Assembly (NCBI GenBank): GCA_040954595.2
Contig: CM082582.2
Location: 3,394,303 to 3,458,302, forward strand
DNA: 64,000 nucleotides
From: Balanoglossus misakiensis
Lineage: Eukaryota; Animalia; Hemichordata
Direction of reading: 5' to 3'
Position numbers and translations under genes: made by a program. Below the pieces are notes generated by a model. The model worked only from the letters and a program-made list of their open reading frames with translations, was not told the DNA's origin and ran no database searches. This document shows, one piece after another, positions 38,056-51,008 of the stretch; the stretch's first letter is position 1, and every line of letters starts with the position of its first letter.

Positions 38056-39690
38056 GAAAATAAATTAATGTTCACATCTGTCACATGCACAGACCATTGT
38101 CGATGTACCAAGTTTTAATGAAACTGGGGTCAAGTCATATTAGAATAATTGTACCATACACCATGCTTATACTCTCTGCAGCTGAAATGTTACCTTTGAA
38201 CTCTGCTTGGCTGCTTAAGGCATCCATAGAGATATACCGGTAAGTTGATAATGATCATCAGAAGGAAATTGTTATCTGCAAAAAATCAAAGTTTTTTGTA
38301 AGTATTTTTGTGTCCACAAAATGACAATAAATGTTTTTATGTACCGTACAGATGATCTCCTGTCTTCATGAACAATACACGACGCAATATTGTTGTGCGT
38401 GAATGTATGGACAAATCTTGGCTTTTTGTGACATTCAGATTTTCATTGTGGTTTTAGGGATGTAATGTACTTCAATGGCTGGTCACACAAAATTAATTTG
38501 CATACTCACACCACAGGAATCATATTACCTTGGTTACCAGTTCGGCGTCTGGACTGGAGGATATTTTGCATCATGGGCTGGAGGCTATTGCATCAGAGAA
38601 ATATGAAACTATGAGAAAAATTGTGTAAATTACATCATGCTCATATGAAGTTGAAATAAAATCAGTTCAAGTATGCCCAACTAATGGCTCTGCGTTTGAA
38701 TGTTTTGTTTTAAAAAGACAGCTGCCTCTTGGCCATACTGGATCAAAAGGGCAAAATAAATAGATGTTCACATACATCACATTTACAGTTCATTGTCAAT
38801 GTACCAAGCTTCAATGAAATTGGGCCAAGTCAAAGAATAATTGTACCATATGCCCCATCAATGCTGTTTGCAGGTTAAATGTTACCTTTGAACTCTGAAC
38901 TCTTGGCTTTTTGTGACAATAAGATTTTAATTGTGGTTTAGGGGTGTCATGTACTTCAATTGTTGGTCACACTTCAAAATTAATTTACATACTCACACCA
39001 CAGGAATCATGTTACCTTGGTTACCAGCTTGGCATCTGGACTGGAGGATATTTTGCATCATGGAAATCTGAAAGTAATGAGATCAATTGTGTAAATTTCA
39101 TCATGCTTGTATGAAGTTGGAATAGAATCACTTAAAGCATGTTTTTTTTAAAATATGGCTGTCTCTTGTCCATACCGGATCAAACTGCAAAATGAATTGA
39201 TATTTGACTCAGAGTACATTTTGTAAGTTTTAGTGAAATTGGGGTCAAGTCATATAAAAGTAATTGTACCATACTCCCCCTCAATGCTGTTTGCAGCTTA
39301 AATGTTACCTTTGAACCCTGCTTGCTGCTGCTTAAGGCATCCATACAGATCTAAGTTGGCAGATGTCGTTCATCAGACAGTAACTGTTATCTACCCAAAA
39401 CAAAATAAAATGTCTATTTTTATATCAAACAAAATGACAGGAAAATGTAATAATGGAGATATGATATATCCTATCTTCTGTGTGAATGTATGGACAACTC
39501 TTGGCTTTTCGTGACGTACAGATTTTCATTATGGTTTATAAAAAATATAAATGTAACGATCTTCAATGGCTGGTCGTATAAAATAAATTTCTATACTCAC
39601 ACCACAGGAATCATGTTACCTGGTTATCAGTTTGGCGTCTGGACTGGAGGATATTTTGCATCAAGGAAATCTGAAAATAATGAGAAAAAT
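38056..39690. repeat. About three diverged tandem units of ~480-600 bp; the first begins at ~36630 and is split by the pogo element
   Basis: atactcacaccacaggaatcat...tctggactggaggatattttgcatca recurs at ~38502, ~38989 and ~39593. Confidence 0.8.
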
Positions 39691-40149
39691 TATGTTAATA
39701 GACGATATTATAACTGACTGCTATGGACTTCAACTTGGCCTCTAACATACTCCAACACCTGCAATAAATAATAAATAGTAAATATTAATTCATTATCATA
39801 GACTAGGAGGTACATTTTTCTATTACCTTTGGTACACTTACATTCTTGAGTCTTACATCTGTTGGTTATTTATCTAGCTAATGCACATTATCCATTGTAA
39901 AACTGTACGATCTCATAAACTAATTTCATTATCCAAAAGACTTATAAAACTTAAAACTTTGTCTACTTCCATGAGAGAAACATGGACCAGTACTAACTGT
40001 CAATTACAGTCCAATGAGGGACTACAAATTCTACAAATTATCAATATTATTATTTATAGTCGTTATCAAATTTCTATTCTACTTATTATGTTCACTGTAA
40101 TTGCTATACGTATTACTATACCTATCACTAGTTTAGCACATACCTGGAA

Positions 40150-40562
40150 AATCATCATTATCATCATACATGTAATCATCATCTTAGTCATTATTACTGT
40201 TATTTTCGCTATTAATACTATATCACCATCATCATTAATATTATTTTTATCATCATCATCATCATCATCATCATCACTATTATTTTAATAACCATCGCCA
40301 TCATCATTATTAATTTTATTTTAATCACCATCATAATAATCATCCTCATTATCATTAATATTATTTTAATCATCATCACATCATCATCACTATTATTTTA
40401 ATCATCATCATCACTGCCATCGTTGTCATCGTCATCATCATCATCATCATCATTAATTTTATTTTAATCATCGTCACATCATCATCACTATTATTTTATC
40501 ATCATCATCATCATCATCATTGTCATCACTGCCATCGTCGTCATCATCATTGTTGCCATCAC

Positions 40563-40597
<35 letters not shown>

Positions 40598-40690
40598 CCA
40601 CCACCACGCCTACCATCAAAATATCCATCAACGCCATCACCATAACCATTAGTAATAACAATTAACATTAAAACTGTCACCACCATAACC
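40150..40690. repeat. Degenerate (CAT)n microsatellite region
   Basis: Seen directly. Confidence 0.9.
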
Positions 40691-43171
40691 AACATTTAAT
40701 AAAGGACTATTACAAAAAAAATCCAATGACTTACAAATTTTTCAACCTGTGACATACTACAAAGTCTCTATTTAAAGTCTCTGGTTTATGAACCTAGTTT
40801 AGGTTTTTTTATACTCTTAAATATTATATGTTTATTATTAATAGTATGTGAATTTGAAAGTCTAAGAATTTTGTAATACTGAATATTCAAATGATAAATA
40901 TTAATATGCATAGTTGACATTATACATCAGCAATTCTTAATGTTTATTTACTAAATTACTGCAATTTCCAAAAAAGACAGCCTACATACATGTTGATATG
41001 TAAACTGCTTTCAAATACAAAACTGCTCACTTCATTCACAAAAGGGGGGGGGGAGGGCAATGAGCTGTTGGTGAAACTGACTTGATGGTATTCAACACAA
41101 TAAAATATAAGTACACATCTGGAATACAAATCATTATGCAATTATACATTAATCATATCATCTGGAATGAATGGTACACTGCAAGTAACACTGTCTGAAA
41201 AAGGTTAACATAATGATACAGCAGTTTTATAATTGTTACCAATCAACTCTCTGAGTGAGTGGTTGCTTATACATAAATGTATGATGTACAGTATGTCATG
41301 TTTGTGTGTGCAAGGTATGTCATGTTTGCGAGTGCAAGGTGTTGACCTCCCCAAATCTGACTGGCCAGGTCAGAATGGGGACATTGATTATTAAGAAGTT
41401 ACGGTTACATAAAACTGTTATACCAGTTGGTATACCCCATAAAGTTACAAGGATCATATACATTGTAAATGTGCCCACTGAGTACAGTACGCATAACAGT
41501 GAGGGCATCTGTAAAGAATTGTTAGCAATGCTAAAAGATAAGAAAAGTGGTTGATTAGTTTATTGCTACTGTCTTCTTTTGTCTTGATGCCACAACGAAT
41601 CATCACCAATCAATCAAACAGTAATCAGATTTGTTAAAGAGAAAATTATGCATTCACTTCAATGGGTGTACAAGATGCCAAACTAGAATATAAAAACACA
41701 TTACATACCACAGTCTATAATCTGACTGTGGTGTCATTGCATTAGTTCTCATAAAAGTGTGTATTAACAAAAATATCTCAACAAGTGCTGTACCTATTAC
41801 AGTAAGGGCATCTGTAAAAAAATTGTTAAGGAATCATCACTAATCATTCATACCACCTGTAGAAAAGAAATGTTATCTACACCAGTCCTAAATGTTTCCA
41901 CCAACAGCTCATGCACTAGGACTCTTGTTTGTACACAAAATCAGACAGAACTCTGTACACAGAATCACAAAGTATGCAATGTCAACTATGCATAGTGTTC
42001 AGGCTACCAATTCTGAAAAATATTTAAGATGAATATGACTGACTGTTTAGATGAAAATAAATCTCTGTGTTATATGGTTAAATTAAAGCTTCACTAACAT
42101 TATTATTATATTACTTTATACCACTACAATTGCAATAATATTCTGTTACTTTTTACCGCTACGACCACAAAATGCCAATGTCTAACAGACACAACATTAA
42201 ACCCATTATTTTGAATTAAAATCAGATCAATAAGAATCAAATAGTGACCACCTGTACCAATACCATTGGAACAATATTCATTCTCCAGCCATTTTCATCT
42301 CAAAGTATCCTGAAGATCCATCTGAAACTGACAATACCACACTGAAATACACTATGCAAAGTTATTGGTGTCTTTGTTACTTAGCTCTAAAGTAACTCCT
42401 ACTTATCACCATTATCATCATCATTATCGTCATCATAATCATCATTGTGTGCCTATTGTAACCTAAACTTTATTGTCAAGGTTTTATATTTGTACTGAAC
42501 CATTTACACAAGGGGTACTCTTGTTTAATTTATATATATTTTAAAACTTAATCATGAATACCTTATCACTCAAACACTGAAAATTATAATTTTCAGCAAA
42601 AAATACAGATCTGATTCTATTATTATCCCTGTCTATTACTGAAGTATTTTTGTATTTCACTCATGCTGTGATCAATACACTACACCCATCCTACTTTTCA
42701 TAAATTTGCATTTGAACATCATTAAGTAAATGAAAAATGAATACAGCAGATGCTTACCCTGTTTTGCAGCGTGCTGGTATTTGCAATTCTGCACCATCCT
42801 GCAATGTACATTGCAGCTGCCAAGCAAAACAATAAAATACACAGTAAAAATGAAAATATATACTTCCCTTCTCAAAGATCAGCTGTAATGTACCGGTACA
42901 TCCTTTTCTGTAATCTTAAATTATTCCCAACAAGTATTGTCAGTTAGATCATAGGGATACTTCTTCCTGCAAGTAAAAAAGTTGAAAACAATTTTGAGCA
43001 CAAAATCAGAACTTAATAGAAATCATGGGTGTAAGTAAAACTCACACAAGGTATCGGTATATCTTTATCTTCAACTGTATACATGTAGTTGTCCATGAAA
43101 ATTTAGCCAGTTACCTGGAAAGTTGAGATCTAGCCAATCCAACATTTTTAATGGGAGGCCATGTGAAAAAA

Positions 43172-43756
43172 TCGCGTCAAGGACACGGTGGTCCCATTGA
43201 GTTATTACACAAGAAAAAGTCTACACCGGAGTACATAGCCATATACAGACAGACAGACACACACACACATAGCGAGAGATCAATGGCCAAGCACTGACTG
43301 ACCCATAAGCTGCCAATGGCATATGTACTGTACATACACTAAATAGAACAACTGGCCTCTTTAAAACTTAGCCAGTTATGTAATCATTCAGGAATTTGCT
43401 GTGTAAATCAATCACACCAGGGAACTTCCTGCCTAATTAAAACAACTCAATAAAGTAAATACACACCACTTTGCAAAGCAATCTGACCAGTAGTTCTTGA
43501 CTTACTGAGTTTTGACCAAATTCACATTTTTCCAGCTAATTTGCATATTTTTGGCGATGACACCTTCATTTGAACTAACTCCCATCTACATGTACAGCCC
43601 AGCCTGCACCTGCACACCAAATATCAAGGTGATACACGCAGCGGTTTTCAAGTTTTTGATGTGGACGGATATACAGACATACATACATCCATACATACAT
43701 ACATACATACAGTCGCAACCGATCCCATAAGGTCCCATGGTATACCAACGGGACCT
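43172..43756 (-). mobile_element. Helentron-associated (HINE-like) element, copy 2
   Basis: Reverse complement of 29650-30224, between A-runs. Confidence 0.75.
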
Positions 43757-44518
43757 AAAAAGGTGCTATATTATCCCTAACAGTGCTGAGTCAGTGGCAA
43801 ACGTGGTCATTTTCATAACCCCCCCCCCCCAGAATGCTGGGTATACTTGACCATGGAGAGAATGAATTGGTATCAGACTGTGTAATGTCAAATATTTGTT
43901 CAGCTGAGTACATACATGTACTAAACCGTCTCTGCTGGGTAATTTGATCAGGCCAAGATGATCATAAACAGTGGATATACATTGTAGTTAAATTGAGGCT
44001 GACAACCCCATCTAAATACACACATGGCAGCTTATCAAAGAAACCGACTTTGTCAAATATCAAAATATGTATACCAGTGCCATACTTATTTTTGTGGACA
44101 TGAAACTCCAACGGGCTATGACACCCAGTACGCGTTTGACCATACATGGGCATCCCATACAGGTATGCCCTACGGGCCACACAGCACTATTTAATCCACA
44201 AACCTCCCCGTCTAGTATAAGTTATCATACACAGGTGACACCATGTGAAATGATCAGTGACTTGCTAATTCTAATGAACAGATGCATTTGCTCATAACGC
44301 ATACAAGTACAACACAGTGCTCCTGGATTTTTTTTTGTGGTTGCATATATACTGTATGCATTTGTGAAAATCTCCTTTGCTGGGTCGAAACAGAAGTCTC
44401 CAACTGGTAAGTCTTTCTATTGTAAGAAACATCAAATGATTGGCATGCTCCTTGCCCAGTCAATTACGTCATGCTGTGAATATGCAGTTTTGGCAACTGA
44501 ATTCCGTTCACAAAAAAA

Positions 44519-45108
44519 TCGCGTCAAGGACACGGTGGTCCCATTGAGTAATTACACAAGAAAAAGTCTACACCGGAGTACATGGCCATATACAGACAGA
44601 CAGACACACACACACACACATAGCAAGAGATCAATGGGCAAACACTGACTGACCCATAAGCTGCCAATGGCATATGTACTGTACATACACTAAATACAAC
44701 AGCTGGTCTCTTTAAAACTTTAAAACTTATCAAGTACTAAAACTTTCCAGCTAATTTGCATATTTTTGGCAATGACAACTTCATGAGAACAAACTCCCAT
44801 CTACAGCCCACTGCCCCAGCATGCATCTGCACACCAAATATCAAGGTGATACACGCAGCAGTTTTCAAGTTTTTGATGTGGACGGACATCCATCCATCCA
44901 CCCATACATACATACATACATATACGTACATATACATACATACATACATACATACATACGGTACATACATACATACATACTGTACATACATACTGTAAAT
45001 ACATACATACACTGTACATACATACATACATACATACATACATACATACAGACAGACATACATACATACAGACAGACGCAACCGATCTCCTAAGGTCCCA
45101 TGGTATAC
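44519..45108 (-). mobile_element. Helentron-associated (HINE-like) element, copy 3, with an internal deletion and an expanded (TACA)n core
   Basis: Colinear with 43172-43756. Confidence 0.72.
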
Positions 45109-45598
45109 ACATACATGTATATATATACATATAAACCAAAATGGGACTTTTATTGCTCAAAACAGTAATAAAAATGTTGAGGTTTTATCTGTACTTTCAT
45201 CCCATTAAAAATAATTGTGAAAAAATGTTTTCTTTCCAATTCCATGGCTGGCATACTAAACACACGTTTCATTGAGGCATCATTGCATGGACATGTTTTG
45301 TTTGACTTTTTATCAGTTGGTGACACTTATGATGACAAGAAGCCATCATTTTTAACAATATTGAACATGAAAGTCACCCATATTTCTTAACCAGGACATC
45401 TGATCTTTCTTAAGTCACACGTCATCCTATTACTTACTTTTGCATTATTTGCTGGACGTGGAAAGTTGGATTTAAAAGCAATAGATTGTCTCATGCGCAT
45501 GTGTGTAACTTCATGTGTACAAATGAGTCCAGTCCCAGAAGTCATTGTGATCCAAGCTGGCGGCAGCCGAGGGTAGTTTCGGGTTAAGTGAGCTAGAA

Positions 45599-45763
45599 AT
45601 GGCAATAGACGCAGTTGCCATATCGTGTAATTGCTAAGGAATATGTGCCAGGAGGCAAGGGAGGGGGGCATGCCTATGCAGAGCACTGGATGAGCTACAT
45701 GTATGCAATAACGCCTGCACCTGTGGAAGACACCACCCATGCTTGAACATGCCACAAGTACCG
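45599..45763 (+). pseudogene. CXC (tesmin/CRC-like) Cys-rich exon with an in-frame stop
   Basis: MAIDAVAISCNC*GICARRQGRGACLCRALDELHVCNNACTCGRHHPCLNMPQVP followed by donor GTAAGT; 9 Cys and a terminal C-x-N. Confidence 0.6.
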
Positions 45764-45864
45764 GTAAGTACATGGTTGTTGTTTAAGGACAGAGCACTGC
45801 CTTATGGGATTGACTGTTCACTAAACGTCTGTAACCAGAGGCTACAGTTGGAACATGCGTGTGA

Positions 45865-47092
45865 GATGACCTACCCGCTTTAACTGGAAATGTAAGAATC
45901 GTTACAGAAGCTGATGGTACAGAAATTGAAGATGATAATACAGGTCAAAATGGCAGGGGAAATATTGATTTTCCTGAAAGACTTTCAAAAGCAGTATCAC
46001 AGAAAATAAGGCACATACATCACAGTTTGAAAGTCAAGAGTAAGCAACCAAGGTGTCCGGATTCACCAACAGCCACACCAGGCAAGAGGTTCAAGTCAGC
46101 CGTGGAAGCTACAACAGCTGAGAAATCAGAAAGAGGACATGTCGCCGCCCTATATCATACTGTTCAGAGAAAAAATGTGTGTTTATATTCTGTGATATAT
46201 TTCAGATGTTTATCAGAAGTATTTGCAAAAAATGATTTTGTTTTTCAATGACAGATGACGAAATCTGTTTTAAACTACTATCATGTGATCTTCATGACCT
46301 TTTACCTTGATATAACTTTTTTGTGAATAACAACATAACCATAGGAACAGGAACTACAGACTTCATATTTGGTGGGATGAAGCACACACCTTTACAGGTT
46401 ACCCCATGATCCCCTTGACTTATGTTGACCTCACTAACCCCGTGAGCCAGCCAAGCTTGGGCCCCACCATGCACCAGCGCTGCTTGTAGCTAAATTTTTC
46501 AAAACAGCATCACAATGTTTATTTGAATTTTCCTGTTTATTTTTAAACTCTGTTGGTGTGTGCAAGTAACTAACAGAAAAAAGTATTCATATTTATTTGT
46601 TTATTCACAGAAGTTACTTGTATTTTATTCAAGAGATCTTTTTATTTTCTGAATAAAACCTCATATGAGAGAATATCACTGGTCTGTTTTATTATTTCGA
46701 TTCTTGAACGTCTAAAATTAAAGATGTACTAAAGGTGTTCAGCTTTAACATTTAAGTGTTCTACATTTTAACACATTTTTCATTGAATGGCGTAAATACT
46801 AGTACCTTCAAAAAGTGTTACATCCCCTTGAACGCGTAAATGCGTCAATTTTTGAACACCTTCCAGTGTGCAATGTGTGTTTAGCCAAAGAACACCACAA
46901 TATAATGGCAGATAAACATGCAGTGTTCAAAATTTGTACATGTGTGTTCATAAATTGAATATTGGAGTTAAACATATTTGAACACGTAGCGTTAACATTC
47001 TAAACATCCAGACGCGTTCAGATAGTGTTACAAAAAGGCGTGCAATTCGTGTTCTATCCTTTTAACACCTTTTATCCTTTTTACATTTAGTG
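45865..47092 (+). mobile_element. Probable CACTA/EnSpm 3' remnant with a CIDE-N-like coding fragment
   Basis: Open frame 45865-46251 contains VRIVTEADGTEIEDD; many GTGTT/AACAC subterminal motifs at ~46730-47070; ends TAGTG followed by TA. No left end found. Confidence 0.45.
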
Positions 47093-47497
47093 TAGGGTAT
47101 GGCGACGTCTATTACTTATGCGGTACCGTATTCTTATGCTGTCGCCTCACACTAGTGAACACCGTACCGCGCAAATAAAAGACTGGTGTATATAATTTTT
47201 AGCACAAGTAGCATCTTCCTCAAGTACCCCTCCAGGTCTATCCCACAAGTTCACAACGCACTGTGTTTCCAAGATGGCGGACAAGACCTCCCCTTATACG
47301 TACACCGAAAGCGACGGAGAGATTCCAAGACCAAGCTACCGACCGTTATCACCATGTATTCACGACGAGCAAATACACATTAAGAAATTACAAAGAAAAC
47401 TTTATTTCTTACCTTAGAGCAAACATACTTGTGTTTGTTGACGTTTTCAATATCGTCCGCAAGCTTTTAATCCTTGAGACGGCGAGTCTGAAAACAC

Positions 47498-47960
47498 GAA
47501 CCGAGCTAGACGAGACGAGACAAACAGATTCCCTATCTTACTGATAGAAAAGTTACTTTTTTCCGCATGGACAACATGCACCCGTATCAATGCCACAAGA
47601 ACAAAATAAACCTTCTTTTTTCAATAAATAAAGTTCTTGTTCATTTTTATTTTCAGAAATACTTAACACTCGAGTGCGTCGATTAATAAAATCAACGACT
47701 GGACTCAGTCGTTCGGTCACGTCGGTCATTGCAGATGCGCAAGCCAACGTACACTCTCAAACATTTCTTTGATCTCAATTCTTTAGAGTGTTTAGTATTT
47801 CTGAAAATAAAAAGAACGAGAACTTTATTTATTGAAAAAAGAAGGTTTAGTTTTATTCTCGTGACATTGATACTGATGTTGTCCATGCGGGAAAAGAGAG
47901 TAACTTTTCTATCAGTAAGATAGGGAATCTTTTGGTCTCGTCTCGTCTCGGTCCGGGTTC
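47498..47960. repeat. Long inverted repeat (~175-bp arms, 114-bp spacer)
   Basis: 47498-47671 is the imperfect reverse complement of 47786-47960; no TSD seen. Confidence 0.85.
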
Positions 47961-48127
47961 ATCTCTCTCTGCGTTTTTGGCTTCGGAAACGGAACAAAAT
48001 GTTTACTCGATATTGTGTCAAGGAACCTTTCATCCGATTTACATGTCCCCCAGGCGCATCTCTTCACCTTTCTGACCGATATTTAAAACCAATAAATTTC
48101 CGAAACTGAATTAAAACTTCCAGGTAA

Positions 48128-48895
48128 GGCTGCATTCACAAACACCTCTGGAGGGGGGGGCAGGAGAATTGAGGGGGGGGGAGGATTTGAAAATATTGAG
48201 GGTATGTAAGGGGTGGATTTGAAATAATTTAGGGACTGAAAGGGGGGGACTTGAAAACTTTGACGACTAAATATTTATTTTGAGTCCACAAAAATGCAGT
48301 TTCGCGCCCTTTATTTTACAAAATTTTCACCCACCCCCTCCATTCATCAACACCTTTCAATCATTGACTGGTTTAACTAGTGTTCCAGGGCAGGGGACTT
48401 GCCGCAACCCCATGATAACTTTGAGCGGCGACGGTTAAATTTGTCCTCCCCAACATACCAGTAGTTGAGTTAATTTGCTTTTGCCGGGTTCGTTAAAATG
48501 CAGCTTTGAGCTTTGTATTTTATAAAATTTTCTTACGTGGGAGGGGGACACCCCCTCCCAAACCCACCCCCTTCACTTCTCGGTTTACAATGTCTCCCAA
48601 CACAGAATACAAATACTTAAAAAATAAAAACAATGTTCAGTTTTAATACCCACTGATGAGGGGAAACATCAGTTTCGAATTCTTTTCATGAGAGCGCTGT
48701 TTTTCTTTTTACAAGATAGGTAGGTGATGTGTTTTGCTCTGTGAAAGAAAATGGGGGGGGGATTTCAAAAATTGGGCAGTTCGGAAGGGGGGATTTGAAA
48801 ATATTTCAGTTGTGTACGGGGGGCATGTGAAAATTAGCGGTAAAAAAATTGAATTCTCCCGCCCCCCCCCTCCAGAGGTGTTTGTGAATGCAGCC
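48128..48895. mobile_element. PIF/Harbinger-type MITE, family B copy 1
   Basis: TIR GGCTGCATTCACAAACACCTCTGGAGGGGGGG; TAA duplicated on both sides. Confidence 0.88.
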
Positions 48896-51008
48896 TAACT
48901 GTCTGCCTATCCCTATAACTTATATACGCGCGATGTACACGTTGTTGATTTGATGCGGGGACAAAATGGCGGTTGCGCAACAACATGGCTTTTCTGATTG
49001 GCTGAGAGTTCGGGTTGATTGACAGTTGTGGAACCATGACTGGTGTTGCTCAATCTTGTCAGTTTCCTTGCTCATTTGTATACGGCCAATGATCAGTGGG
49101 GCAGGTTTAGTGATTGACTTATTGATCACGTGGTGAACAGTGATCTAGGTTGCCTTGGTGTTGGAGTCCTATGAAATGCAAATAACCATATTAATATCCC
49201 TAAAGGCACCTAAAAACGCCTCGCAAAGTACCTTAATTAGCCACTTTAGCAGAAAACTAAAACATCTTTTCCATACATAGCGATGTTATGCGGTGATTTC
49301 TCTTTCACTCTGTCACCCATTTTCGCCTGCTAAGGTCTTGCTTTCCGAAAATAACAATTCGCTGGGGAGACTGTGGTCGAACCAACGACCTGTGCCAGCG
49401 GATGATGTCTGTCACCTCTATTGTCTCGGTCTTTGTCTGCCAATTCCTCTGATGATCACATGTACCCACATATGGCGGAACATCTCAAGATGAATTTGGT
49501 GTGTGGGCTAATGCTACTCTACTCACTATTATAAGAACAAATATCTGACGAAACATGACCACATAAAACAGATGAGACTGGGTTGAGGAAGAACCAGCTT
49601 TATTTCACTCACCACGTGACAAATTGTTTACAGTTTACATAATGTTGATGTTATCTAGTATGTACATCATGTTGTTGCGATCGCGCCCTCCAATGAATAA
49701 AAACGCTAAACAGAAAATGCCCCTCTACCTTGCAGTAAATTGTTCGTCTACAATTTAAATACAATAAGGCGAAAACTTGAATTTAACACACTGGTCAACA
49801 GAAAATAGTGTGAAAATGTTATGTTTGGCATAAACTTGTATGACAAATTCAATGTCGTTCGACATACCACGTATCAAGAAAATGGCCGAAAATTATACAA
49901 TCAACATTTTTCCCCAAAGCGATTTTGTCACCCACTCCTTACACAGAACGTTCTCTAAAGATCGTTAAATGGCTGATCAGTGTTGAATTTCTTCGCAGGG
50001 GAAATAGCTTACACATGAATCCCCCTTTCCGTAATTGATTCGAGGAACAAAAAAATTATCTATGAAGGGTGTCTTCTGTCAGTCAATGCGATTACGGCTA
50101 TAGCAAGTGGTGAAGACTGGGTACAACTGTGAAACCATGCCATGTAAAAGAATTCGCCGTAACCACTGGTAGACAAAATACAGCATGATATTATATCGAT
50201 CCTCATTTCTCATGACAGCTGGATGTGGCATTCGATGGTAGATGTTCTGTTATGACAAGAATGCCATTGCCAAAGTGCTTTCTGGGATCTCGAAATTCAC
50301 CTAAACCCAGCTATTAAGCAAACCTTCGTCTTTTATAAGTATCAGGCTAAAATATAAAGTAACTCACTCGTCATTTACATCTAACAAGTGTAGGCGTTGC
50401 TTTAAATATTACATTTCGTATTTTGTTTGAAGGAATACATATGGTTCATTTATGTATTTGGTTTGCGCCACTTTCCGAATGATACAGAACAGATTGGTAT
50501 GTGCCATACCTTTCGATAAATTTGAATGAACTTAACTCGTATTAAGTCACATTTTGATTAATGCTACACAGGGGCTGGAGGGGTGGCTGATTAAAACTAA
50601 AATTAAAACTAAAATGCAATTAATGTTCTGTAGTGTGATTTGCAATTGGACAACATATATATCTGGCGATATGGCGGAGAGACGCTGTATCGATATTGGA
50701 TGGTACGCATGCAGTCAATAAATCAAGTTACGTTAAGCATAAGTTCAAACACCATTTCATCTTTCACGAACAAATGAATCGGTTATAAACAATCCACAAT
50801 TGAAAGACAATCACCAACCCTACAATACCCTATTTATATTTATTGTTTTATTATTATTGTGTGTAGTGTCCGTACACATCCAGATATCAGAGTGTCCATT
50901 ATTTTAGGTCAGTAAAGGTGTCTTCTAAACATTAAATTGTACAAAGCACTAATTTGCTGTTCCCAAATCAGGTCCATAACCGAAGTGCTGAAACAGTTTA
51001 CTGAACTG

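Noticed and set aside
39881-40695. Poly-Ile/Ser/Asp ORFs
   Set aside because: Translations of (CAT)n.
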